Source: Camelus dromedarius
Taxonomy: Eukaryota
Assembly: GCF_036321535.1 (NCBI RefSeq)
Contig: NC_087437.1
Span: forward strand, 79,610,001-79,674,000
Direction: 5' to 3'
Length of the DNA stretch: 64,000 nucleotides
The position numbers were made by a program, and so were the translations under genes. The notes beneath the pieces are model-generated. The model was not told the origin of the DNA and did not search any database. It worked only from the letters and a program-made list of their open reading frames with translations. Below, piece after piece: positions 1-11,050 of this stretch. Within the stretch, counting starts at the first letter, position 1. Every line of letters starts with the position of its first letter.

Positions 1-180
1 TATGGCCATTAAGTTAGGCAAAGATAACTTAAGACGATACAAAACACAAAGCATAAAAGAAAAATATGGATAAACTGGGCTTTATCAAAATTAGAATGTT
101 CGGCTCTTCAAAATATACCATTAAGAAAATAAAAATGAAAATACAAGCCACAGGCTGTCAAAGAAAATTTATATAAATAT
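1..180 (+). mobile_element. Old LINE-1 ORF2 3' fragment
   Basis: Reads like L1 'ttaggcaaagat...gataaactgggctttatcaaaatt...aatacaagccacag'; heavily diverged. Confidence 0.6.
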
Positions 181-1025
181 ATACACGTGGTTACATACCT
201 GTATACATACACAAACACATATATGTAAGAAGAACATGAAAGTAAAAAAGTCTTTGGCATTGTCATTTAACTGATCACAGAATAAAATTTGTCCATATCA
301 AAAACACCAGGACTCAAAACACCTCTTATTCCATATTAGGACTCACACATCCCAGGATTAGAGTATTATTCTTCATCTAAAATTGATGGTTTATCTATTT
401 AATCACTATCCATCTTATTTACTGTAACATTCATTCATTACTTATTAATATGGAACTCTAGATTTCTAAGGCTTACAGATAAAAACAAAATATGTGTAAA
501 GAAAGACTAAATTTTTTTCAGGGCCAATATAATTTAACTAACTTTTTAAGAGATGACTTTGAATCATTTTTTCTTAACATCAAGAAGACATTTCTGATAA
601 TCTGAATTTAATATTTATAGTTATGATTGTCACAGCTTGTGATTTTTTTTAAGAAAAACTATTATAGTCCTATTTAAAAGGTATATGATGCTGTAAAAAT
701 TATGGTTAGTCAACCAGGAAAATAGCACATAATGCAGAAACTGAATTTGGTAATTCAGAGAAATTTTACTAATAGACTAATTTATGAAGCAGTGAACTAT
801 GAAACTGCACAGGATAAGTAGTTCGTGGCAGACATTTCCTGCTAAGTAGCTGACGTTAACAAACGCAAACTCTGACAACTTTATGTGAAAACATAAATGG
901 CATCATTTTCAAATTTGAAGAACAGGTGCAAGTAGTAAGCAATATAAGAGAAAGGAGGAAGGAAAATGCTCTTGAAACTTCGGACGTTATTTTAAGTACA
1001 AAGAAGGAAATTAATAGGATAGGAT

Positions 1026-1505
1026 TGTTAAAGCAGGCAAATAGCTAGATATGAGTAGAGAAAGAGGGGCACAAGGCCAAATGGTAGAAAACCATTGTTT
1101 AAAACGGGGGGTCCTTGGACAGACCAAGAAAAACAGGAACCTCTGGACTAACAAGAAACCATACATTCTGGGTTGACAAGTGTCCTGGAGGCAGGCAAAG
1201 AATCTCCACCATCTGAACATAGCATTTTGTTCATTATAGACCCACCTCAATGCAACCTTTCACTCGTTATGACCTCCATCTGAATGTAACCTTTTGTTCA
1301 TTATGACCTCATCCAGCTCCCCAATCAAGACTAAATAAGAATCAAAAATCCTCCCTCCACCGACCCTAGGAAGGTGGAGCTGGCATGAAGATCAGGAAGG
1401 ACGACCTCCAACCTCTCCCTGCCAATGAACATTCTGCCCATTCATTTTTACACCCGTGTAACCAGCTTGCCAAAGAAACTTGGGGCAGCTACCCACCTGA
1501 TAGCT
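1026..1505 (+). mobile_element. ERV LTR fragment (U3-like, internal ~33-bp tandem repeats)
   Basis: Starts with TG (tgttaaagc); GC-richer than its flanks; three imperfect ~33-bp repeats at 1209-1308; no clear terminal CA or TSD. Confidence 0.45.
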
Positions 1506-1568
1506 CTTATTCATCAGCCTTTACCCTAAAATCTCAGCACAGACTACTGAGATTAACACAGTGGGTGA

Positions 1569-1963
1569 TGTGATAGATTATTGTTCAGCTAACATTTACT
1601 ACCTACTCCCTTCTCCCTTACTGCAATTCACGTCACTCTCCCTAACACTGGGAACTGCCACGGGAAATGTTTGACAGATGGAAAGTGAGCAAACATGACA
1701 TGAGAGAGGTACTAAATGCTTCCCTGATTGGCATCTCTCTTGCCTTTTTGCCCTCCCTCTGCCATGAAAAGAGTACGCCATGTTTCCAAATTGAGACACG
1801 GGTGGAGGTGACCTGAAATCAACCTGCAGACTGAAGCAAAGCCACCCAGGTAATCCAAAACTCCTTGAGAGAGAAAAAAAAGTGCTTTTCCTTACAAGCT
1901 TTTGAGGTTCAGGTTTTGTTATTATTGTTACTCAGCATTGCTATACTAAAATCTTACTAAAGC
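1569..1963 (+). mobile_element. MaLR LTR (MLT1-type) solo LTR
   Basis: tgtgatagat start; 'ctctgccatga', 'aaatgctt...aagc...tgaggtt...ttgttactcagcatt' MLT1 3' motifs. Confidence 0.7.
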
Positions 1964-1979
1964 ATACGATATCACGTAA

Positions 1980-2602
1980 GTTATCAGTCAGTCCACTGTT
2001 GTCAAAATGAAAACATCAGTATCCACCACCCCAAAACTTAGCAACTCAAGTATCACTTACACTTAAGAACCCACGGGTCTGCTGGAGCAGTTCAGCTGAT
2101 CCCGACTGGGCCTGTCTGGGTGAGGCAGCCCCAGCTGGCAGCCGCTGAGTGGGGCTTTCTGTCACTGCAGGTCTGTGCACTGGCTAGGGCGGAACTCAAA
2201 TGATGGGACAGCATTTACCCAGGGGATGGAGGTAACAATCAACTTATTCTAGAAATTACTGGGTAGAGTAAAGGTAACATTTTTCTCTCCACATTTGTAA
2301 TAAATGTCAGGTCTTCAAAACCTGTTGAAAGAGATCTAGCAATATTTGCCACTCTTAGTAACATAACTTTCTACAGTTTTATGAGCTGATCTTCTCATGT
2401 TGTTGGCAGACATACAAGAGGACAAGGAGACACACATGAGGTGTCTTAAGGCCTGGGCTTAGAATTGCCACATGCCATTGGCCAAAACAGGTTCAATGTC
2501 CAAGCTGAATTTCTATCAATCAAGCCCATGAAGAGGTCATAAAAAGTGTGTAAGCACAGGGGGAGCAGACAACTTGGGCCAATTATTCAATTTCCCATTA
2601 TA
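1980..2602 (-). mobile_element. MaLR LTR (MLT1-type), interrupted by ~160 bp of unrelated sequence
   Basis: 'accacccccaaaacttag', 'cttctcatg...ggcagacatacaagagg...cttaaggcctgggcttagaattg', 'ccattggccaaa' are typical of antisense MLT1. Confidence 0.65.
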
Positions 2603-5518
2603 TATGCCTCATTAGTATTTTATTACAAAACATGTGTGAGATCTCACTCAATCTCGGGGAATGAGACTTAGAATCTTCATTTAACATCTTCCACCCTGAT
2701 ATAATTCTAATATAGAAAATACTAAAAAATGATGTCTCCTCTTTGTTAGCCTATGACATCTACAACTTTATTTTTTTCTACTTTCTTGCTTGCCGCTTTC
2801 AATGAAGACTGTCACTCCTCACTGTCTGTCAGTCCACTTTTCTCAGTGTCATTTTAAGACTGCAAATCTTGGTGCCAGTAGTGTCATATCTTAATATTCC
2901 TAAAACTGCCAATGTAATCCTGTGCTCTCTGGAGGACTCTGTGCATACATATTTAACAGCAAATTAAAAGTTCTAAACAGTTTCTTGAAAAAATATAATA
3001 AAATTTTAATGAAAGGTATTTTATCATTTGGTGTTTACACAAAATTGTGTTCATATGCCTTACCCAGAACTAAATTTTAGAAACATAGGTACAGATGTTT
3101 GCTCTTCTATACAGTATATTTATTTCTAGTTTTCCTTATGATGTCTAGAGATGGAATCTCCACAACCTTACAGTTAACAGATTAACTGAGCATTTGAAAA
3201 TAATTAATGACAGATATTCGGATTTTAGTTTAATCTCACATTCTTTTAGTTGATACTATGTAGACACCTTAAAAAACTGATCTTCAAACCCCTGATAGAA
3301 ATGCTTCAGACATAATATTTAACCAAATACACTCTTGGTATTTTCTTTAGGACCAGCAATTTAAATCTTTTTAAGACTTCCTCTCGAGTAGCTTGATGCA
3401 ATGTTTCAAATGATATGGGACTCTCTAGAAAGTGTAAAGAAGTAAAGTCAATTATCTACATATTTTCTATATTGCATACTTTCATAGCTCAATCTCGTAA
3501 TAATCTAGTAATCTGAAATTGATACAATATTTTTAAGCAGAAAAAAATACCTTTATTTATGTCCTTACTCTGTCCAATGCACTTTCGTATATATTTATAA
3601 CACGTAAGAGTATATACATAATAACTTTTCCAATTTCCCTCCTAGTCAGTTGTTAAAATGGAGTTCGTATGTCAGTTCTAAGTGCTTAAATATCTTCTCA
3701 AGCCATACTTGACTATTGCAATATAGAGACCAATTTGGATTCCATTGTTAAATTCTTTACACGGTGGAACGACTTGCTAATAATCACAGTATTTTCCTCT
3801 ACTCCTTTTATAAAGCTGTTTTAAACTAACGCTTCTCTTTTTATTTTTATTCCACCAGTAACCCATTTAAGAATTTGTAGGTGAAATCCAATTTTGAAGT
3901 GTGTGATAGTAACACTACTGTGCATGTTCACCTAATCTACAGCAGGAAACACAGTACAACATCCAGTTACACGTTCTATTGTCTTGTTAGACACTATATT
4001 TCATCTACTTATTTCATCAAGAAAGTTTATTCTCATTATGTACTTGCACTAATTTTTAGTGCCAATCAACCTATCCTGAATTGCCAAGTGCACACCATTC
4101 CTTCTCACCAAGCATTGTACGTTGCTTCATTTACAAATTAGACATTTAGACAATTTCTCCTCTATGATTTTGGTTAAGTTCATATGTGCATCAATTATGA
4201 ATTTTCAAAATACTCATAAATTGACATTGTTTTTCACTTCATATATCAAAAAGCTTAAGTTAGTTGGCCTTAATAATCAACATGCATGTTTATCACTTGC
4301 TGATAAATGACACAAAAAAAGATGTATTTATTTATGCAATCAAAGTGACCTTAGAAACAGAAAAGATGCATTTTGTAAACTGATTTTCAGAACTCCAGTC
4401 AATAAAAGTCATATCATTGCATTGTTTTCATTTCTGACTGTGTTCACCTAAATTTCTCCCAACTCACATATGTCATAAAAGCATTTTAATGGTGAATGTT
4501 TAAATGTTCTAATTTGTCACCACTACAGGACTAGGCAAAAATTCTAACAGTTCTAACACAGCTCACTATTAAATAGATTTGTATATTGGCATATTTTCAA
4601 ATTGCCTGCATTGTTACTTTCAGTGAAGATACTCTATGTAACTTATAAAACTGGTTGCCTACCAGGGTAGTGATTTTTCCCTCAAACTCAGCATTTTCTC
4701 TATATTATCAGTAAATCAAGTAGCTATTTCTTTGGTAGTGAGATTATCAGAACTATTTGATTCCATAACAGAAGAATTTTTCCTATTGCCTTAAGAAATG
4801 TTTAGAAGCTTGATTGTTTCTCAGTTCTTCTATCACCCAGCACTACTACTATCCCCTTCATCCAATTATCTCTGCCTGTAGCATCTTTCTTAGATCTTAA
4901 TCTATCTGAATTGGAGTTACCAGTGAGAGCAATAACCTTTGCAAGTAGGTCATTCAGACTTTCAGGAATATTTCTTAAGAGTTAAAAAGTATTCATTCTC
5001 GAAGGGTTGAGTATTTCACAGCAGAAAATTGTAATTCTCCTCAGAGCACTATGTAAGGCTTTTTTCTAAGAAGATAAACATAGCTAAGAAAGCACTTCTA
5101 TATATGTGCTCCTGCTACTGACGTAATTCTCTATCTGCCGCCCTCAAATATGAAAAAGGAAATTCAGTTGGTGCCCTGCCTTATAGTCTTGGAAATCAGT
5201 GAATTATCAAGAGTAAAGTTCAGAACACATAAGAATGCATGAGCATGAGCAGACAGACACTAAATCATGCGTCCTTAACATTGGTTTATTCCACAATCTA
5301 AAAATCAGAAAACTGTTAGGGCACCAGCATCACTTGAAACGATAATTCAGAGATATATGATGTTATGAACCACCACTGCAATGGAAATAGGAGATTTTGT
5401 GAATGCATTAGACAAAGGGCACTATCTGCAGCAGTCTTTCTTAAAAAGGAGTTATGTGAAGGATAAGTGTCTAAGGCTATAGTTTCATACCAGTTTCAAC
5501 TGAAATTAACAATGAATC

Positions 5519-6050
5519 ATAAACAGTAGGGAAGTTTCTCAAAAGATTAAACAGAGAACTATGATATAATCTAGAAATTCCACCTCTGGGTATATATTCA
5601 GTAAAAATATAAAAGGAACACCAAAGTGATACATGCATTCCTATGTCCATTTCAACATCATTCACAATAGCCAAGATATGTAAACAATCTAAGTGTCCAT
5701 CAATAGATGAATGGATAAAAGAAGATGTCATATGTATAAACAATGGAATATTATTCAGCCATAAGAAAAAAGGAAATCTTGCCATTTGCAAAAACATAGA
5801 TGAACCTTGAGATCATCAGGCTAAGTGAAATAAGCCAGGCAGAGGAGGATGAAGACTGCATGGGATCACTTATATACGGAATATAAAAGTAAGGCAAACT
5901 CACAGAAATACAGAGTAGAAGTGTGGCCACAGGTGTTGGGGGTGAGAGAAACAGATGTTGGTAAAAGTGTACAGACTTTCAACTATAAGATCTGGGGATC
6001 TAAGGTAAAACACGGTAACTATAGTTGATAATCCTGTATTGCATAATAAC
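5519..6050 (+). mobile_element. LINE-1 3' fragment (L1MA-like; ORF2 end and 3'UTR)
   Basis: 'aatagccaagatatg...tgtccatcaatagatgaatggataaa...gccatttgcaaaaacatagatgaacctt...ctaagtgaaataagccag'. Confidence 0.85.
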
Positions 6051-6893
6051 TATTGCAGGTGCAGAAACAGCTTCTGACATGAAAGTAGTATTAATCAGAC
6101 AAAATGATAATCTCTGCATATTAAGTCAACTGATATCAGAGACTAAACTACAACTATACCTACAAAAGAGTGAGTAGCATTGCCTAATTTAAAGTATCTT
6201 TCTTCTTTAGCATTACTGTTTCTTTGCACTCATCTTCTGCAGAAGAAAATGGCTTAGATTCCTCATTTTCCCCCTATTATGTGTTACTATGAAATGTAGG
6301 TCTTCTTTCCTACAAGATATCATTACTGCTGAAAATTTCAAAAGCATGGAAAAATAGTATTCGTGGAAGTGACTATATGCTTAAATGAGATCAATTATAT
6401 TTTGTCAACAGTGGGGAAAGATGTGGAAATACTGCTGTAATTGCTGACACTTTGAAATAGTACTGGTATTCTCCATTTGCCACACCACACCTCAGTCCCT
6501 CTACATCATCATATAACCACCTCTTCTCTACACTCAGGAGGTTATCTTCTGAAGACTATTGCTTGGTTCCTTGCCCTTATTAATACGATGAAAATTGGAA
6601 CTACTTAATACTTTTAAATGATGATCTGTTATCAATTATAAATACTTACAAACTTCTGGGTTAGAAGAATAGTACTAGGTAAGAAGCTAATTGATGTGGC
6701 ACTTAAAATCAGTAAATTGGAGCTAGATATGGAACATCTAATAAGTATAGTGGACCAAGATAGGCATTTTCAAATATGACTGAGGTGTAGTTTTTTTTCC
6801 CAATGAATATAAAATGCAGTGGGTTGAAATGCATTTGCAAATCTTAGAATGGAAAGTAAAACATGACATGTTTTATAATCAAGAACTTAAGAT

Positions 6894-7260
6894 AGTGAAA
6901 TAAATCAGAGAAAGTCAAATACTCTATGATATCACTTATATGTGGAATCTAAAAAATAATACAAATGAGTGTATATGCAAAACAGAAACAGCTTCAGATA
7001 CAGGATACACACTAGTGGTTACCAAAGAGGAGGGAGGAGGGGCAAATTAGAGGTATGGGATTAAGGGATACAACCAACTATGTATAAAATAGATAAGCGA
7101 CAAGGATACGTTGTATAGTGCAGGGGATTATGGCCATTAACTTGTAATCATGTTTAATGGTGTATAATCCATAGAAATACAGAATCATTATGCTGTAGAG
7201 CTAAAACTAATATAATACTGTAAATCAACTGTACTTCAATAAATCAGTCAATAAATAAAA
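6894..7260 (+). mobile_element. LINE-1 3'UTR with A-rich tail (laurasiatherian type)
   Basis: 'gatatcacttatatgtggaatctaaaaa...ctgtaaatcaactgtacttcaataaa'; homologous to 29400-29730 in this window. Confidence 0.85.
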
Positions 7261-7632
7261 TCACTGGAACATGAGAAGAACAAGCTCAGAAAAAACACTT
7301 AGCAATTATAAATAATGCTAATTCAGGCAGCATGGGAGATGGAGGAATTATATTAGTCTATTAAAAATGCAGACAATTTCAGTAGTTGAAGAAAGATAAG
7401 CAGTTTTAAAGAAAAGGAATCACCCTTAGCAAAGGCATAGATCATGTAAATTATGTATTATCTACCAACCAATGTGTATTCTAAATCAATTTAAGCTTGA
7501 GTTTGAAGGACTTTATTGGAATAAAAATTTCTGAATCAACTTAAGCTACAGGTAAAGGGATGCATTTAAAGAAAACTGTGGGAAGTTAGTTTGGGGTTAG
7601 GTATAAAAGGACCATACACAGAAACTCTATTT

Positions 7633-7652
7633 TGTGTGTGTGTGTGTGTGTG
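7633..7652. repeat. (TG)10 microsatellite
   Basis: Read directly. Confidence 0.95.
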
Positions 7653-8023
7653 TTTTTAAGCACAGGAGAGACTTGGTATACATAAGAGAAATGTAAGTGA
7701 AGAAAGATTATTGGAAAGCTTTTGAAACAGTTCAAGAAATAGATGTTCAAGCCTGGTCCTTGATACAAATCAGTGAAAATGGACATGAAAGAGACATGAA
7801 AGTTTAGAATCAAAACAGATTGATTTATCACTGATTGAGCATAAGAGATGAGAGAAGATAAAATGAAAGATTTTTCTAAGTATCTAGTTGACATAACTCA
7901 AGAATAACAATGCCTTCTACAGTCCCCCTTTTAAATATTGTTATGACTTTTCGGTTGTTTCTCTCAATTGTAACTAATTAAGTATTTCTGGTTTCCTCCT
8001 CCTTTTTCTCTCTCTGACTTTCA

Positions 8024-8152
8024 GACAGCAAGCTCATGAAAGAATGGGCCTTGCTTCCTTGAATCACTGCTGTACACCTTGCACTTAACCCAGTGTCTGG
8101 CACATAGAATTCACTTAACAAATATATATTTTTTGAACAAATAAATGAATAG
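8024..8152 (+). mobile_element. L2 3' end
   Basis: 'aagctcatga...cagtgtctggcacatag...aaatatat...tgaacaaataaatgaat'. Confidence 0.6.
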
Positions 8153-8299
8153 AAATAAAACTGAATGTAGTTCTGAGGAGATTTTCGTGGAGAAACTTAG
8201 GTGTTTAGCATTTGATTTTTTTGATCTGATTTGATTTAAATTGGATTAATTTATTATTACATCATTCATACAGAGGTGTCTATGTATTTCTATGTCTTG

Positions 8300-8428
8300 T
8301 ATTCATTGATTATTCAACCAATATTTAACATACTCTATACACCAGACACTATTTGAGAAACTGGAGATCTGACAGTGTCTGAAAAAAAACTAAAATATTT
8401 TTCTCTATGGAAATTAAATTCTAATGGT
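8300..8428 (-). mobile_element. L2 3' end
   Basis: 'attcaaccaatattt...ctctatacaccagacact...ctggagat' matches an antisense L2 tail. Confidence 0.5.
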
Positions 8429-8614
8429 TATATATTCTAAATGTATTGTTTTCCTCTTTTCTAGTCTTTCATTTCCAGTAGCATACAAAGTAAATTTTAA
8501 TTTATTCCAAATTTTAAAAAGACTCTTCTCTTGGCCTCATATCTTTCTTTAATTGCTATTCCATTTCTCTCTGCCCCTTTATGAAAAGCTGAAAGGCATT
8601 TCCTATGTGCTCTC

Positions 8615-9015
8615 TGTAAGGGTTATTAGCTATTGCTGCATACCAAAACACAACACAATTTAGTGACATAAAACATTTGTTTTTCTAAGTCTGCAAGTCA
8701 GCAGGGCATTTCCACTGCTCTTGCTTGAGCTCATTCATGCTTCTCCAGTAAGCTGATAGCTCTGCTGTCTTGTCCATAACGTCCTCATCTACACCAGATA
8801 CTTGAATAATAAACAACGTGTGACAGGCCTCTTGAGGTCTATTCTGAGAACTGGCACAGTGTCACTTTTGCAGCTTTCTACTGGTCAAAGCAAGCCAAGA
8901 TTCGAGAGGTGGGGAAAAAAATTCCAGTTCTTTATGGAAAGACCTGCAAAATCACACTTCAAAGAAGTACGGATACAGGGAGAACACTGCAATGTTTTTC
9001 AAAGAATCTACCATA
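8615..9015 (-). mobile_element. MaLR LTR (MLT1-type)
   Basis: 'ttagctattgctgcata...aatttagtgacataaaac', 'gaactggcacagtgtcactt...ggtcaaagcaag', ends 'aatctaccata'. Confidence 0.7.
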
Positions 9016-9029
9016 TATTTTCATACTAC

Positions 9030-9495
9030 AGAGAGTAAGACAGGTTCCCCATCATATAGCATGGGTTAAGAAATAGGTTTTATTGAGGAAAGGAATAATT
9101 TACAAGACTAAGTTCAGCTAGAGAAGGGAAGGCAACTCTTCATCATAGCCCATTCATTCCATAAAATCATTCTGGGACCTGGATTAGTCTCCATGTCGTA
9201 GAGGGTGAATCTGTGTTTTACCGGATGGACACTGTCATTTGCTATTTTAACTTTTGACAGGCAACCTTAAGAAAGAAGTCTTGTAAGTGAAGAAACAAGT
9301 AGACAATTCTGTTAGCAATGGATTTGAATTTCAGTTTTTTTGTGGATTTCTAGTTGGGGTTCATAGGATGATAAGAATCCCTGCTGTGAGAAGAAAACTA
9401 TCATTCTTTTAATGCAGCAAAAGTGCACAAACTGTGCAGGCAACATTCAAGAAGCACATAATACCATTCTGGGCTACCTTACCCCTTGTATGACA
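9030..9495 (-). mobile_element. Possible LTR fragment nested in L2
   Basis: Antisense AATAAA ('ttttattg') near the left end and 'tgaca' at the right end; interrupts L2 continuity. Confidence 0.3.
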
Positions 9496-9496
9496 C

Positions 9497-11050
9497 TCCT
9501 TCCATTCTTTCTTGGCTAGACTCATACTAATTGTCCATGCTCACTTGATGGTCAATCATCAATGACTTTCCTATGATTATAACTAAATCCCATGGTTAAT
9601 TCTCAGTCCTCATCTTAATTTAAACTATAAGCATCATTTGACATGACAGATCAATTATTCCTCCATTTAAAACAAAGTAACTTAGATTCTAAGCCACTTC
9701 TTTCTCCTGGTACTTTTCTTTGCTAACTGGTTGACTTTTTAATTTTCATATTTTAAATTCAAATTCTGAAATCTTGGAGAGACTTGGGGTCTCTCATCCA
9801 GCCTGTGAATATTTTGTTTACTCCCTACTCCCACTATTTATACTCATTGAGCTTCAAGGCTTTAAATACCTTCCATCCCCACATATATATGTCCAGACCT
9901 AACTTTTGATCCAGAATTAAATATTAAACTGACTTTTTGGCAACTCTGCTTGAATATAAAGTAAGCATCTCAAATTTAAAATTCTCAAACAATACTCCAG
10001 ATATTCCCCAAAATGCATTTTCTTTCCTATCTCTGTAAATGTCAATTCCACTTATTCCAGTTGCCTGGAGCAAAAAACTTGATTCTCAAACCACATACTC
10101 AACACATCAGTGAATTCAATTTGTTTAACCTTCAAAACATAATTTGAAACCATTATTTTAATCACTTATACATTAACATGTAGGGCCAGGCCATCCTCAT
10201 CCTTTGTCTGAGTTATTGCCATCAGCTTTTAACTTAATGCCCTGCTCTTGTCTTTTGACTCCCTGTATTCTGTTTTACACACACGAAGAATAAAATTTAG
10301 ATCATGCCAATCACTTTTCTGCTCAAAATGACATCTCACTCAATCACTCAGAAAACGTCAACCTTCTCACAATTTATCTCTATCCAATGTAGCCCTCTCA
10401 CTTCCAAATTAACTTCTGTAGGCATCCACTCCTTTCCATCTTACTCATGGCATTTCAGTTACATTAGCCTCATTGGTACTTTTATAAGCAGGAATATTCC
10501 AAACATGTATCCTTTTCAGAGACTTTACATGCTTATTTCCTCTACCAGAAATGTTCTTCCCCAGGTACCCACATACCTACCCTAAATTCTTCAAGCTTTT
10601 CACTTTTTTCAACAACCTTCTATGTTAACTAGAAATCCTCCCTCCCAATTCCAGTACTCCCTGCCCTTTTATATTGCTTTATTTTTCTTCAAAGCTCTTA
10701 CCCCCATATAAAATATTGCATATATTTTTAAAATTTTCTTTTTTTTTGTTCCTTTGTTAGACTGTAAGCTCCATGTGGACAGAGATTTTAAACTACAGTT
10801 GACTTTTGAACAATACAGATTTGAACTGCATGTCCACTTATGCGAGCATTTTTTCAATAAACATATATACTACACAATCCAGGGTTGGTTGAATGCATGA
10901 AGGTGGAACCACAGACACCAAGGTGTTAAGTTATACTCAGACTTTCAATCGCACAAAGGGTCAGTGCCCCTAATCTCTGAGCTGTTCAAGGGTCAACTGT
11001 ATTTTGTTCACTGCCAAATCCCAGAGTTACAGTAGGTGCTCAATATTTTT
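9497..11050 (+). mobile_element. L2 3' portion (probably continues from 8515-8612)
   Basis: 'ttctcagtcctcatctta', 'catctcaaattta', 'ccagttgc', 'gactgtaagctccatg', 'agtaggtgctcaata'. Confidence 0.75.
10796..10999. mobile_element. Tigger2-family MITE (TcMar), 204 bp
   Basis: TIRs CAGTTGACTTTTGAACA / TGTTCAAGGGTCAACTG; TA TSDs at 10794-10795 and 11000-11001; inserted in the L2 tail. Confidence 0.85.
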
